A stretch of DNA of 64,000 nucleotides from Octopus vulgaris (GCA_951406725.2 OX597817.1:62248001-62312000); one strand, 5' to 3'. Positions 12,427-26,602 are shown, counted from the stretch's first letter. The notes: generated from the letters alone by a model not told the origin. Numbers and translations are program-made.

Positions 12427-13889
12427 TCAAAGAGAGGATAAAGAAACAAAGCTGATGATTAAATAAAACACTTTGAAAAGATAACTATGATTTAATCAGT
12501 AATATTAGGAAACAGACGTGCTTCAGTTAATTCTTAGTATCAATTGCTTTCATAAATACTTCCTTGAAAATGGCCACAACTTATGTATATCATGCCAGTG
12601 CAAATGTTAAGAAAATGACTGACAAGACGAACAACCAATATAACAAAACATAAGAAAAGGTTAGTGTTTATTTACTGTAGTCAAACATCTTGTTAACATT
12701 TATTGTTCTAGTGCTTAACTAATCGTCTTTTGTTAGTTTACTAATGTCTATTTTGGTATGGTTTTATATTAAGGCGACCGAAAGAATTTTCATATAAAGA
12801 TAACCGAACCAGAGAATTAGTTGCATCTATTTACAATACGATTTGTAATGTGAATTTAATTCTGGTTGAATGCGAGTTTTGTCTTTTATGTCTATGACCA
12901 TCAATGAAATAAGTACTATTTATATATCACTAGAATTTTATCTGATCCGTTGCCACCAAAACAAAATCTTGAAGTCATTCAAGTTCTCACTTGCGTAATG
13001 TATTTGCTGAAACTTCAACATTTAGTATAGTTAATAGAAGGATGTTTTTTTTATTATATATATTTAGCCCTAGGTCTATCTGTATGAAAGTGTTTCAATC
13101 GTGATCATTTGTTCTTTTTGATATATCGAGAAATACATTTCTGAATGTGCCTTCCCTGACTTAAGATAACAAAGTGTAATTTGAAAAAGATTTGGCTGCC
13201 ATTTTTAAGAAAGCGGATGACCTCGTAAAATATAACACGTGAAGTTTCTCATTTTTGGAGAGTCAAGTAATATATGGAAAACTGTTGCACAAGATTAAGA
13301 TATAGTAAACCCATACATACCATAATCAACCTTCAGGAACAACAGATTTTCCAGAATGAAAGCAGAAGGCAAAGAACAAAGTGATAATGATGCCAAAGAG
13401 CAATGCCAGTCAAAGTAGAAATGGTTGACTGTAAGATGTACTACCTATGAACTATATGCTAAGCATTATATCAAGGTTAAAACATTTACAACATAAGGAT
13501 GGCCTAACGGGCATGATGATAGGGACATTATTTAATTCATTAATTTTATATTTAACAACTTTGTAATAAATTATATTATTAAAATAAAAAGAACATTGGA
13601 TACTCCCTAAAATCAATTACGATGAAGCAAGGTTAAGGAAAGTGCACAGTAAAAATATACCTGTATTAATATAATTTTAAAATTTAGTCTTAGCGCAGTT
13701 CTTTGTTCATATAGTAGCGGCCCTGGCAAGACAAGCTGGAAAAACTTCTATGTAATATGTCAGAAACAAATGGATGTGACATAGCAGGCTTAAGGTTTCC
13801 CTTCATTTTACTATTTATATGGCAACAAAATCTCCTTTCAGATTTTGAAATAGAGTTGAATAAATCCTCAAGCAAAAACAAAAAAACAT

Positions 13890-13934
<45 letters not shown>

Positions 13935-14164
13935 CGTGCGCGCGCGCATAAGTGTGAGCGTGCGCACTTTGTTTATGACGTGCCCCTCTGTGTTCCGGGC
14001 AGAAATATAGGTTGGTAAAACATGCAACTTATTGCAGTATTTACTGGGACTTCAAGATGGGGTCCTCAGATTGATTACAGGCCAATGATTGAAGAATAGA
14101 GGAATAAATAACATTTCCAATTCACCAACTGTTCTACTTTCTACTATATATCATATTACTGTAG

Positions 14165-14217
<53 letters not shown>

Positions 14218-14251
14218 TCAAATACTGTATCTTGTTTCTGAATTAGACAGA

Positions 14252-14428
14252 TCAGCAATTTTGAGGGAATTTGACACTATTGAACCTAGTACTTAGCTGG
14301 TACTTTATTTTATCAATCCGGGGAGATGAAAAACAAAGTTGGACCTGGGGGAGTTTGAACTCAGTGTAAAGTGTTAGGAATACAGCTAGGCATATCGTCC
14401 AACGCTAGAACGATTTTGCCTGCAAGCT
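14252..14428 (-). mobile_element. SINE family B, degenerate
   Basis: CTGGTACTTTATTTTATCAATCC.GG.AGATGAAA..CAAAGTTG..CC...TTTGAACTCAG motif. Confidence 0.7.
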
Positions 14429-14772
14429 ATATACAGTTTTCAGAAAATATTCGTAATGCGAAAGCTTGAGAGATAACAATGCAACTACATTGTCTTCAGT
14501 TGGAGAACAAGACACACATAATCTGACCGAGTCGATTACAAAATTTCTGCTTTACCCATTTTTACACCGCAGCCATTGCCATATCTTCAACGCCCAGTTG
14601 TCTCCCATTATCATAACAACACTAACACATGAACGTCCCAAGAAAACCTCGATAAAAAAAGCTTAATTTTAGTAGCTCCATTAGAAGCCAGCATCAAAAT
14701 TTTTATTATTTGACAACACCACAATCACCAACTTAGACGCCACAGTACATACTTTAAGCAATTATTTTTTTT

Positions 14773-14968
14773 ATTCTTTTATTTGTTTCAGTCATTAGAG
14801 TGTGGCCATGCTGGATCACCGCCTTGAAGGGTTTAAGTCGACTCCAGGACTTTTTTAAGCCTGGTACTTACTCTATCGATCTATTTTGCCGAATAACTAT
14901 GTTACGGGGATGTAAACACACCAACACCGGTTGTAAAGGGGTGATGGAGGGACAAATGCAGACAAAAG

Positions 14969-15041
<73 letters not shown>

Positions 15042-15190
15042 CGGCGGGCTTCTTTCAGTTTCCATCTACCAAATCCACTCACAAGGCTTTGGTCGGCCAG
15101 AGACTATAGTAGAAGACACTTGCCCAAGGTGCCACGCAGTGGAACTGAACCCGAACCATCTCATTGGGAAGCAAGCTTCTTACTACACAG
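14773..15190 (-). mobile_element. SINE family A
   Basis: Aligns to 49013-49428, with an internal (CA)n(TA)n tract. Confidence 0.88.
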
Positions 15191-16311
15191 TAAAATATAT
15201 TACACATTAAATATAGAAAATGTGCAGTACACTCACTGCTTCAAACTAAGTGCCCAGGTGCACTCGACGAACAGTAATTACGGAAGAGTAACTGTTAATC
15301 AGACTAAGTCCATTTTGCGTGTGTACTGTGTCCATCTACATGATTTACAGACATGCAGAAATAGATAGATTGGACAGTGGAGGAGAGACAGCTTGTCACA
15401 CTACATTCCATATGACTAATCACAGGAAATGTGATTTATGGTCTTCAGCTAGTTGGAGACATGCTATTACTGGAAAAAAATATCTGTGGCTAAGTGCGTA
15501 ACATAGTACGGCTCAAACAGTGCATAGCTGGAAGCTTCTGAAAAATATCAATAACAACATCACTAAAAGTGCTCCAGTCAACCAAATATAGACCTATATC
15601 AGTGGAACATATCTCTATAAAATGCGCAATGATTAATACTATGCAACAAGATACATAGAATGTCTCAAAGAATTTAGTAGGTAATAGGACACAGACACTG
15701 CTTGTTATATCTACTCCAACAATATGCTAAATTTATCTTTACCAGAACTAAAAGGCAACTATATACACCCGAATTTAGCATAAATCAATAATTCTTATTG
15801 GTTACTTTTCTTTTTTCCTTTTTTGTCACGAGCAGAAACTTAGCAACGTAGGAAAATTTGATGTTTTGGCTTAAAGAACTTAAAATGTAGATATTAAAAT
15901 AATAGCCATTGGCAATATACGGAAATATTGCCAGTAAATTGAGTCAGTTTATCGATGTGAATATGCTATCATTTTCCTGGTTTGATCAGTTTCTCTTCTG
16001 CGGTACAATATGCCCAACATTTTTACAAACAGGATTTTTATGGATTTGTTAGGAGCTTTATCACATTAATGAACGTAGAAAAGATCGACTCGTTTAGAAG
16101 TTGACGCCGCATTAACTCATGTCAATTTAGGCCCTTTAGGTGAAGTGAGATAAAGAAAAATTGCGTAGAAGCTTGTTTGGTGGATTGAAACTAAACTAGA
16201 AAGATCTAAAGTTGCCTTGCACTGTGTCACTCTGATTAGATTTTAGTATTAATTTAAAGATGTCCGCATTCTTGCAATACTCGACCAGCTTCAACCTAAA
16301 TTGAGAAATCT

Positions 16312-16521
16312 TTTCTGTTATAGGCACAAGGCCTGAGGATTTGGGGGAAAGGGGCTGGTCGATTACATCTGCCCCGGTTTTCGAGTGCTACTTATTTTAT
16401 CGACCCCAAAAAAATGAAAGGAAAAGTCGACTTGGGAAATTTTGAACTCTGAACGTAACGACGGATGAAATGCCGCTAAGCATTTTCCAGCGTTTTAAGG
16501 ATTCTACCAGCTCGCCACCTT
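16312..16521 (-). mobile_element. SINE family B
   Basis: Reverse complement head AAGGTGGCGAGCTGGTAGAATC and B box GTTCAAAATTT. Confidence 0.82.
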
Positions 16522-17856
16522 GCGCTAAATTAATAAATAGGCAGTTCATTTTGTTCTAACAACTCACTGCTCATCGTTGCAATAGGTGGAAGATTCCCTC
16601 GTGATTCCAATAATAATTTCATATAGGAAACTCAGCAAAAACATCAACTATATTCTCCAGTAGTTTATTGTTAAACAACAAACTAGTTATTTATAACACA
16701 AATTATGTTATACGTTTAAATAAAGTTATGACAGATGAACGTGAGTTGTTAGAAAGAAAAGTTCATTTGATAAGAGAGAACATTTCCCAAACGTCATTTT
16801 CATTTTCAACAAAATCATTTCTATTTTAAACAAAACTTGTCAAAGCGATCCGATAGACACAAATTCCCATCGATGAAATAACCCACTCTAAAGCAAAAAT
16901 AAATATTTAAAAAATATACGAAAAATATAAGATATTTAGAACCTCAAATTTAGAAAGAAAAGCAATTCTATTTGCGTCAACCAACAGAAAGAATCCTAAA
17001 ATGCAGAATTTAATCATTTCTGATTAAAAGAAAGAAAAAAAGATGTATAAAAAGGCGATATGGTGTTACTAACTTTTTGTGGAAAACATTATCTGCAAAG
17101 AAAAAAATTAGATAAAATATATAAAAAAAACAATAATAATAATTCCTTCAACAAAATATATTATAACTGAATAAGCAAAAAAAATGTGTGGAAGTAGCCG
17201 ATTGGATAGATTTTTACTTGATAGTAATTGTACGCATATTTACTTGGTGTAGTACAAGAAACAATGAAGAAACGTGTAAATGTCTCTGTCTTGTCGTCAA
17301 CATCAGAACTTTGCAATTACAATCACAACAGGAAAAATTCGATTACATCAGATAGAATATCATTGAATGAATGTTTATATACATTCAGATTCAAGCACTG
17401 TAAAATCGGACAGCTGTAAAGAAAATAATTTAACTATACATAACGTATTATAGTCTTTTATTTACATGTACATGTTTTACAGGACGAGCAGCCAGTAGTC
17501 CATGCTTTCACTACGCTAAGATGTTTCTAATGGGCAGCTCCTATTCAGAGTGGACATTTTCAGAGTTTAGTGAACTTGGTCACGAACACTTTACAATGGG
17601 TTTGACATATGTATGTGCGGTTGCATATTTTTATGCAGGTATAAGACATGTAATCTAATCCAGTTAAGCTGCTAGGTAACTACAAGGTTGGTTAATTTGC
17701 TATCTAGGTTGCACGGCAGTTTAGCTAATTATATATATACATGTAATACACACACACTGACACACGCCCACGCGCACACGCGCGCACACACTAATATATA
17801 TATATATATAGATACATACATACATACACACAAACACATATATATATAAACATAAA

Positions 17857-17910
17857 TCTTTAAATTGCTTCAGCTTCAAAGCTGCGGCCATGCTGGAGTA
17901 CCACCGTTGA
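17857..17910 (-). mobile_element. SINE/LINE-type 3' tail attached to U6 copy
   Basis: Minus strand GGTGGTACTCCAGCATGGCCGCAGCTTTGAAGCTGAAGCAATTTAAAGA, homologous to the family A tail. Confidence 0.8.
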
Positions 17911-17915
17911 GATAT

Positions 17916-18018
17916 AATATGGAACTATTCACGAATTTGCATGTCACCCTTGCGCAGAGACCATGCTAATCTTCCCTCTAACGTTCCAGTTTAATTATAT
18001 GTACTGCTGAAACAAGTA

Positions 18019-18019
<1 letters not shown>
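17916..18019 (-). pseudogene. U6: Full-length U6 snRNA retro-pseudogene
   Basis: Minus strand GTACTTGTTTCAGCAGTACATATAATTAAACTGGAACGTTAGAGGGAAGATTAGCATGGTCTCTGCGCAAGGGTGACATGCAAATTCGTGAATAGTTCCATATT is colinear with canonical U6. The ACAGAGA box is mutated, there is no oligo-T terminator, and upstream is (TA)n rather than a promoter. Confidence 0.93.
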
Positions 18020-18073
<54 letters not shown>

Positions 18074-18075
<2 letters not shown>

Positions 18076-18445
18076 TCCGGGTTCAGTCCCACTGCATGGC
18101 ACCTTGGGAAAGTGTCTTCTACTATAGCCTCGGACCGACCAAAGCCTTGTGAGTGGATTTGGTTGATGGAAACTGAAAGAAGTCCGTCGTATATATGTAT
18201 ATATATGTGTGTGTGTGTGTGTGTATGTGTGTAGTTGTGTGTCAGTGTTTGTCCCCCAAACATCGCTTAACAACCGGTGCTGGTGTGTTTACATCCTCGT
18301 AACATAGCGGTTCGGCAAAATAGACCGATAGAATACGTACTAGGCTTATAAAGAATAAGTCCTGGGGTCGATTTGTTCGACTAAAGGTGTTGCTCCAGCA
18401 TGGCCGCAGTCAAATAACTGAAATAAGTAAAAGAGTAAAGAGAGT
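18074..18445 (+). mobile_element. SINE family A lacking its A-box end
   Basis: Starts at GTTCCGGGTTCAGTCCC (B box) and has a complete tail GCTCCAGCATGGCCGCAGTCAAATAACTGAAATAAGTAAAAGAG. Confidence 0.88.
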
Positions 18446-18959
18446 ATAGGGATAGAGAGAGAGAGAGTGAGGGAGTGAGAGAGACATGTGCGTACCATAC
18501 TTAATAGATATATATATACTATTAACAGGTAATATGCTGCGGTCTTCATCCGAGATAAAATCTCCGACGATACGGTGCGTTTAGAAATCCAATGTATATA
18601 CGAGTGAGACGACAAATATGCGGCAGATGAATTTGCATCTTTTGGGGGTCTGCTCAGTGATGTGTGCTCGCAGAGAGAATTTCAGCATCTTGAAAATTGA
18701 TTCCTGCATTCTGAATCCTCTGGCTCATTTTTACCCATCTGTTATAATTTGCATGCAGTATGTGTCTATACCAACAAGCATTTTTTTCCTTACATGCTAC
18801 AAATCTTGACTCTTATATCCAGTGTTTGTCTCAGCTCAAGCGTATCTTCTGGTCAGTGCACCATAACGTTACATACCCCGCAAATCATACTTCCCTCAAT
18901 TCCTTCCAACCGTTATAAAATTTCTGCATTCAGTACCCAATTCTCGCTACCCTGTAGTA

Positions 18960-19013
<54 letters not shown>

Positions 19014-19014
<1 letters not shown>

Positions 19015-19400
19015 CTTTATATATGTGTGTGTGCTGTCTGTCTCCTACGATTTAGATTCCTAACTACTCCCACATTGTGCGGTGCAGTTTAACCAAAACC
19101 GGGTATCTAATAGTCGTGATTCATATCGAGCCCTTCTGGATATTAGCGCGCGTCTACGATGAGTCTACGATTTAAAAAAAAATTATCATCAGTTTTTCCC
19201 ATTTTTAATGCATTTTTGGCATATATAAGGGAAGTAATTCTCTAAAAATATATTATTAAATCTCAGAACGTAAAAAGCTACAGTAACACCCCGCCCCTTG
19301 TGGTTAGCCATATTGAGATGGCTATTATACTTTACATCTCTAAAAATGCTTATATAGTTATTTCCCTTACAAACCGAGCAACGCCGGGCGATACTCCTAG
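19014..19400 (+). mobile_element. Non-autonomous Helitron
   Basis: A|TC 5' end, subterminal GC hairpin CCGAGCAACGCCGGG, CTAG|T 3' end. The 3' ~60 bp is shared with 46208-46270. Confidence 0.78.
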
Positions 19401-19409
19401 TATATATAT

Positions 19410-19625
19410 ATAGTTTACATTTACAGGAAAACAGAAGACGAAAGCAGGTGTAATAAAACAAGTAGGTGTTTTAGTTTGACGCTTCGGAAGGTGAGAATGT
19501 CTTTTACATTTTGAGCCTACGCTTTTCAACAGAAAGGAACTCGAGGAAATAAACAGAGAGAGAATAATAATTTAAAAAAAGCTTTTGGAGTTAGCGGTCA
19601 ATCATGGCAACATGATGCAGTGTAT
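19410..19625 (-). mobile_element. Penelope-type terminal fragment with decayed hammerhead
   Basis: Minus 19535-19501 reads ttt-CTGTTGA-aaagc-gtag-gctc-AAAA-tg-TA-aaag. Layout is similar to 36060-36250. Confidence 0.45.
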
Positions 19626-20205
19626 GGTATGTTCGGTGGCTATTCAATTGTTTTCACCCTTATTTCTGTCAATACTGGTACTATTTAGCACCCTTTGTCA
19701 CTTTAGTGACGTATATATTTCTGCCCTTAATTGGCACAATTGCGAATTAGCCGTATATATGCATGCATACTTACATACATAGATATATACATGCATATAC
19801 ATATAGAGAGAAAAGGGTGAGGAAGAAAGAAAGAGAGAGGACGTGTGTGTGCGTGTTTGTCCATAATATTAAATCAACACATATTGTAATATTATTTCAA
19901 TTCTTTTTTTCATTTTGACATTTTAGAATCGTTTCTTTAATGTTAATTTATGTTAATTTATGTTAAGGTGATAAATATAATTTTTTCTTAACACCAAGAA
20001 ATCCAATAAAATCTAAAATATAATCATTGCATGTAGACTGTATTTCAGGCTATTACCCTTGGTGGTTAAATAGTATTGTTTCCAATTTACTTCGCCATAT
20101 GATGCATAATATTCTAGCATGTATGATAATATATGTATGTATGTATTTATATATGCATGCATACATGCATGTATGTAAGTATGTATATATGTATGACTGT
20201 GTGTA

Positions 20206-20410
20206 CGAGGGTGTGCTGAAAAGTCCCTGGCATTTGGGTTAAAAGAAAATACAGGTGGATCAGTTAATAATTTTAACCAACGTAGATTCATACAATTTTT
20301 GCAGCAATACCTCAGTGTTTCTAAGCCGTGTAAAAGAACTCGGAAGATCGGACGTCCAACCAGGCCTTTCGCGATACCCTTAGAGCCAGGAACTTTTCAG
20401 CAATCACTCG
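20206..20410 (-). mobile_element. mariner-derived MITE
   Basis: Imperfect TIRs CGAGGGTGTGCTGAAAAGTCCCTGGC and GCCAGGAACTTTTCAGCAATCACTCG. TA on the left. Homologous to 8450-8587. Confidence 0.8.
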
Positions 20411-20413
20411 TGT

Positions 20414-21125
<712 letters not shown>

Positions 21126-21852
21126 ATATAGGTATTGAAAAGAGGTAAACAGTTCATAAATATGGGAAAGAGCTACCGCTGATTCTCTTTACTGCATCAT
21201 TAATAGATTCCACAGAGATCAATATAATGTAAGAAACGAGATACTAAGAGCTACCGCTGGCCTTCTGTTACTGACATGCTGAACAAAGATATAAATGCCA
21301 TCAGTGCTGACCTAATATTAGAAATAGGAAAAACAGTAATACTTTTGATAATGCTCCAACATACACTTGACTGTTTTATCCTACTAGATCAAAACGATTC
21401 CATCTGGATATTATAAATCACGTAGCTGTTCTACGATTACCGATCAATTAGCAATTCGTTTATTGACTCAGCTCTCATTAACCTTGATTATAAAGCAAAA
21501 GGAATTAATGTTGCGACAGTTTGGTGAGTTGTTCAGAACGACAGAGAACGTATGTCAGATTTATAGTTTATTATTTTCTATTTGTCTTTACTTTACTTGA
21601 AGAGACAAAATAATTTAATGACTACTAGAAATAGGAGACTTGAGAAATAATTTTAATATCTCTTCTACCTCTCTAGTGCTCATTCAAACGAGTAAGTAAA
21701 TTAAATATGCGTCAATAATATAAGAGCACTTCTGCATTGCTTCCAGACCCTAGCTAATATATTGACGCACAAGCACAAATGCACATGCACAGACACCACA
21801 CATCATGACCAGCAGTGTCTGTAAACGAAATTTTATAGAAAAATATATGGAA

Positions 21853-21923
<71 letters not shown>

Positions 21924-22216
21924 CACATATATATATACACATATATATATATAAATATAAAGAGAGATAGAGTATATTGTAAAAAAAACAACTTTGGAAT
22001 GATTCTTCCCCCACGTAGTCAACAGAAGTGAAAAACAAGACGATGGAAAATACACAGAGTCTATATATTTTTTAATGATATCTAAAAAAAAAATTATGCA
22101 TATTCGGTGTACTTTATTTCTGCATATATATATATATATATATACATACATACATACATATATATATACTTGTAATTTCTCTCGTCTTTGTGTAGCCCTG
22201 TGTGGCTAATAAAAGA

Positions 22217-22262
<46 letters not shown>

Positions 22263-22683
22263 TGTGTATGTATATGGATGGATGGATGTGTATATATAAA
22301 CATATATATATTGTTACATTTGGATGTACTCCACCACGAATAAACACCAATGATTAACGCTTGTATCTTTTCGTTAAAATTTCGTTTCTAGACATTTCGT
22401 GACATAACACCATCTGTTACTGTTAGCTACTTATATCCTCGCTTACTCTTGTTCTGTAATTACCCTGATAAGAGGCATTATATCTTTTTTAGGTTTGGTA
22501 TTGTCAAAATGCTTAATGAACTTTTATGCAAATCGCTGATAATCAATTTTATGTCAGGAGCAGGTAAAATTATGCAAGCTAATAAAGTAAAAAATGAAAT
22601 TGCGCAATCAACACCATCTGGCTCAATTTACATCCCCCTTTTTTAATGATGTAATGGTTATCCAATATAACTACATGATAAAA

Positions 22684-22708
22684 ATGATGATGATGATGAT
22701 GATGATGA

Positions 22709-22746
<38 letters not shown>
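22684..22746. repeat. (GAT)n trinucleotide repeat
   Basis: Directly visible. Confidence 0.95.
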
Positions 22747-22747
<1 letters not shown>

Positions 22748-22972
22748 GTAAAGGAACGAATCATAGCAATAATAATTTTTTTGTTTTGTTTTTGTAACTT
22801 TACTGTTAGTGATGGACGTTCTTTTGGGAAGCTCGTTAGTTTGTGAACAATTATCGGATAACTATCCCCATTGTATGGTCTTCTGTGCGGACACTTGTGT
22901 GTGTGTGTATGTGTCTATGTCTGTGTGTGTGTGTACTTGTGTGAGTGAGTGTGTGAGTGTGCCTCTGTGTGT

Positions 22973-23015
<43 letters not shown>

Positions 23016-23915
23016 CGTGTATATATGCACGCTCACGTGTATGTGCGTATGCAAGAATGTGTGTATGTGTGCACGCACGCGTATGTATATGTGTGTTTGT
23101 GTCTGTGTCTATTATGAACCCGTTATCTCGAGTTTTTTTCCGTTTCGAGGAAGAAATATAGTTTACATCTAAAAATGTTTACCGTCAAACAATTTCTAAA
23201 AATTATTGGTGAATATGACATCCACTGACATCATAGTAGGAAGAGATTACTATTAATGCATTTGTTACAAGTCGTCTTTCCCTTCCCCGCTTCAGGTTTT
23301 CCCCCAAACCAGTCAAGAATATGACAGTCAAACTGACTAGCATATTTTTAAACGCAGACAGTAGTACCTCGTCGTACAAATTTTAAGAATTTACTAGCGT
23401 GGTGAGCCATAAGTACAAGACAGTTTGGCTCGAGACGTCATGGCAGAGGTTTGTTACGAAGACCAGTGCATCTACGCACGAGAAATATATCCAGGACCGT
23501 AGAGGAAAGAAAGTAACATAGCTTTGCCTCTCCCGAAAAGCTTTCTATCAATCACTTGTGAATGGCCATCGACTCTCTTCATCGATAGTCTCCATCGATG
23601 GGTCAACATTATCTCCATCGAACTCCAAATATACGGTTTATATATAGTCTCAATCGATAGGTCGATAAAGTCGTTATCGAACTCGTATACATCATATATA
23701 TACTGCATTTAAAAGCCATATATTTAGACCACAAATGTTAACGAGTTCGACTGTGCTTTTCATCTAAAATTGCTTGCAGTTTGGCCACCTTTGAAACAAT
23801 TATTATTCTTGATGGCGTAGAGCTAAAAAATTATAAAATACACTTCAACAAAATGATTAGTGAATGTGAAATATTGTTTTAGAAAGAATTAAGTATTTCA
23901 CTTTGACAAATATTG

Positions 23916-24079
23916 AGGTGCAAGCGTGGTTGTGTAGTAAGAAGCTTGATTCTCAATCACATGATTCCAAGTTCAGTCCCACTGCATGGCACCTTAGGTA
24001 AATGTCTTCTACCACAACCTCGGACTGGCCAAAGCCTTGTGAGTGGACTTGGTAGACGGAAACTGAAAGAGCCCGGTCG

Positions 24080-24140
<61 letters not shown>

Positions 24141-24308
24141 CTTTGTGTCTCTGTTTGTTCCTCAGCACCGCTTCACAACTGGTGCTTATGTTCCCGTAAC
24201 TTAGCGGCTAGGTCAAATAGAAAATAAGCCCTAGGGTCGGTTTGTACGACTAAGAACCTTCAAAGCATGCCCCAATATGGCCACAGTCAAATGACTGAAA
24301 CAATAAAT
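23916..24308 (+). mobile_element. SINE family A
   Basis: Head AGGTGCAAGCGTGGTTGTGTAG, B box AGTTCAGTCCC, tail ATGGCCACAGTCAAATGACTGAAAC. Confidence 0.85.
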
Positions 24309-24414
24309 ATTCATATTAATGGGATGATAGTCCTAATATATATAGGAAAACAATAGAATCCTTGTGTAGGTATATATTTACATGCAGTCCGTGATATCTG
24401 AAAGAAAAGAAATA

Positions 24415-24667
24415 CAGTAATCCCTCAACTATCGCGGGTGTTACGTTTCAAAAACCCACTTGATAGTTGAAAATCTACGAAGTAGAAGAAGTATTCTACT
24501 GATTTGTTTTATTATTTTTATAATATATATATATTTGTTTTATTATAAATGCAAAACAACACCACGGAGGTAAACTTAAATAATAAAGCGCGATAGGTGG
24601 ACCGCGATAGGTGAACCGCGATAGGTGAACCGCGATAGGTGAACCGCGATGTGGCGAGGGAATATTG
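24415..24667. mobile_element. Tigger/pogo-like MITE with internal 14-bp tandem repeat
   Basis: TA-flanked imperfect TIRs CAGTAATCCCTCAACTATCGCG and CGCGATGTGGCGAGGGAATATTG. ACCGCGATAGGTGA is repeated about 4.5 times at 24587-24650. Confidence 0.78.
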
Positions 24668-26519
24668 TACAGTGTTACAATTAATATAAACAATTGAAAC
24701 AGACGTTGTTGAGAATATCGGTAGTCCTGGAATATTTGGCACCGAGAAGACCAAATCAGGAGCCTGGCAACCAACTTGCTTCTGAGAGAAACCCTGTGTC
24801 CCAACACAAAAAGTATTTTCTAAGGGTTTCTTCGGGATAGAATATTACAGCTCGTGCTCTTCTATGTTTGTATAGTATTACAATCCTATGAAAATAGATA
24901 ACAATACTGAGGACTTTGAAGCAATTTCTGAGTAATCGTTAAAGCATTTTTGGTTAATGAAATACACATTACTGACTTTAGAACAGCTCAGGTACTAAGA
25001 TAACTAGTTGTGATTATAAAATGGCTGATGTACTAAGTCAGCCATTATGGATTTTAAAACGGATCAGGTACTAAACAAAATAAATATTGGATGAGAACAC
25101 AAATTAATTAAATTTAACAGATTTCAGTCCTGGAATTTATTAAATAACCTTATGAACCAAACCATAAACTGCACATTCACTAGCTGTTCATTGAATCTGA
25201 AAAATAGTGGAGCAAATATGTGCTATAATGGATTTCGCGAAGGGAAATATTAATACTTCATTTTTTTCTCTTCATTTTTGTTACAATTATAAATTAAAAA
25301 CTTCTCAATGCTGCTAGGAAATCTGATACAGCCAATTATTTTTTCAATCAAGCAAAAAATAAATTTCCCACTAAACTGAGTTAGATTTCTGTTAAAAATT
25401 TATAGTTACACCAATAACTAGTATGAATTATTTAAATGAGAATTCTAATGCTTGAAATGGAGAACTTCTGCTAAACTAACCATTTCGCAGTGGAAATCGA
25501 ATACGAGACAAATATTTCTTCAAGGTATGACGACTCGAGCTTAAGTGGAGTAACAGCCACAAACAAGATTTGTAATGTATAATGTGGCAGCACGCCGAGG
25601 AATATATCAGAATAAGTAAAGAAAAATCCATTGCAGAGCCTATGTCAATATAAAACGTATAGTTTGAAAATAGCATATGAACAATGTTGTCTTTGTCACA
25701 ACCACTAAGGACGAATACACAACCACTAAGGACGAATAAGGATATACGCTAAACAAGCAAGAAAACCATAATTAGAATTAGAGAGGAGAGCTCTTTGATG
25801 AAAGCCCAAATAAGTTAGATGATGGAATGTCTCAAAAGGAAAACTAGAAAAACGCGCCGGAATACATGTTTCATCACTATACCCACACATTGTTCATGGT
25901 GAGTTGTATGGCAGCGTGCATGAATATCTACGAAAAATGATCAAACTAAAGTATTTGTCTCAGTAAATTATTGAATTTTGTGTGAGAAAGTAACACAATA
26001 AATTATGTAACCACTATGTGAATGAATGTTCTATGGGTAAACACGTGGCAGTAAATTTTGCTACTGCTTTGTGACAAGATTTGAGACTTGGATAATGATG
26101 ACATCTAAATCCCTAATCAAGTATTCTAATTACAGAATAACATATAATAAAAATATTATAATACCCCTAACATAGGGTATTATTGGGAACATGCAAATGA
26201 TCTTATGCGCCATTATGTCAAACACTGTCATAATGGATTACGATTAAATAAAATCGCAAATGACACTACCTACAATTAGGAATGAACGTCAAACTTTCAC
26301 GCGTAATTATAGCAGTATTTCTGCGTATCTTTCGATTGGAACCCGCAAAAGACAGACATTCTCTCAAAATACTATTCGTTTTAATAAGCAGAGTGAATCT
26401 GTACTCATTACATATCGTATCGTGCTTTCTTTTTTACTCTGCATTTACCATCGTAAAAAGTAAGTCAGTCTTCAGTTATCAACGTTGATAACATATGTTA
26501 TGATATTAACTACAACATG

Positions 26520-26547
26520 AATAATAAACGTTATAATAATAATAATG

Positions 26548-26602
<55 letters not shown>
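26520..26602. repeat. (AAT)n microsatellite
   Basis: Directly visible. A second (AAT)n tract lies at 29760-29860. Confidence 0.95.

Noticed and set aside
17916-18019. Functional U6 snRNA gene
   Set aside because: The ACAGAGA box is mutated, there is no T-run terminator or upstream promoter context, and it is fused to a retroposon tail.
24587-24650. 14-bp repeat array resembling a CRISPR or iteron array
   Set aside because: No spacers, eukaryotic context, and it is the subterminal tandem repeat of a MITE.
25697-25738. 21-bp perfect tandem duplication
   Set aside because: Ordinary slippage-type duplication with no further structure.
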